A stretch of DNA of 44,831 nucleotides from Fimbriimonadaceae bacterium (GTDB taxonomy: Bacteria; Armatimonadota; Fimbriimonadia; Fimbriimonadales; Fimbriimonadaceae): the NCBI GenBank assembly GCA_020849075.1, contig JADLGZ010000018.1:1-44831 (forward strand), written 5' to 3'. Position numbers and translations under genes: made by a program. The notes under the pieces were generated by a model that saw only the letters and a program-made list of their open reading frames with translations, made no database searches and was not told where the DNA came from. This document shows positions 44,831 to 44,831 of this stretch, piece by piece. The stretch's first letter is position 1. Every line of letters begins with the position of its first letter.

Positions 44831-44831
44831 A

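Overview
A 44.8 kb stretch of moderately GC-rich bacterial chromosome, about 90% coding. Diderm signals are present: a large C-terminal-Phe beta-barrel candidate, lipoboxes and a Tat-type Rieske anchor. I found no CRISPR array, transposase, integrase or rRNA. Content, left to right: (i) A cell-surface block (2..9192) holds three secreted proteins that share a beta-sandwich plus double dockerin-type C-terminal cassette. It also holds a 1151-aa outer-membrane-like protein and two tRNA-Arg genes whose anticodons read GCG and UCG. (ii) Housekeeping genes follow: cmk, aroA, tyrA, a nuoB-nuoI pair, a BMP-type ABC importer fused in one operon to a tandem-domain PTPS/QueD-like protein and an SDR, pepA, a GH20-like hydrolase, an orphan FHIPEP (FlhA/SctV) gene, a MATE pump, a YumC-type FNR and glgA. 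(iii) The most unusual locus is a tightly packed five-gene minus-strand operon (33996..40031). It joins a compact, Tat-less NarGHI-like type II molybdoenzyme (alpha 813 aa, beta 239 aa, gamma = cytochrome c fused to a NarI-like di-heme b membrane domain) directly to a Rieske/cytochrome b pair. An FNR/CRP-type palindrome sits at class-II distance from a GATAAT -10 upstream of it. (iv) Between murJ and nrdR-nrdJ lies a visibly AT-richer islet. It contains an orphan 300-aa ORF whose N-terminal half looks by eye like a class III nucleotidyl-cyclase palm domain, then a ~440 bp non-coding region. That region carries six tandem ~21-bp 'AACCCC' units and NrdR-box-like palindromes. All functional calls rest on motifs I recognised in the supplied translations; no database search was possible. 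Many start codons are uncertain because the ORF track uses alternative starts.
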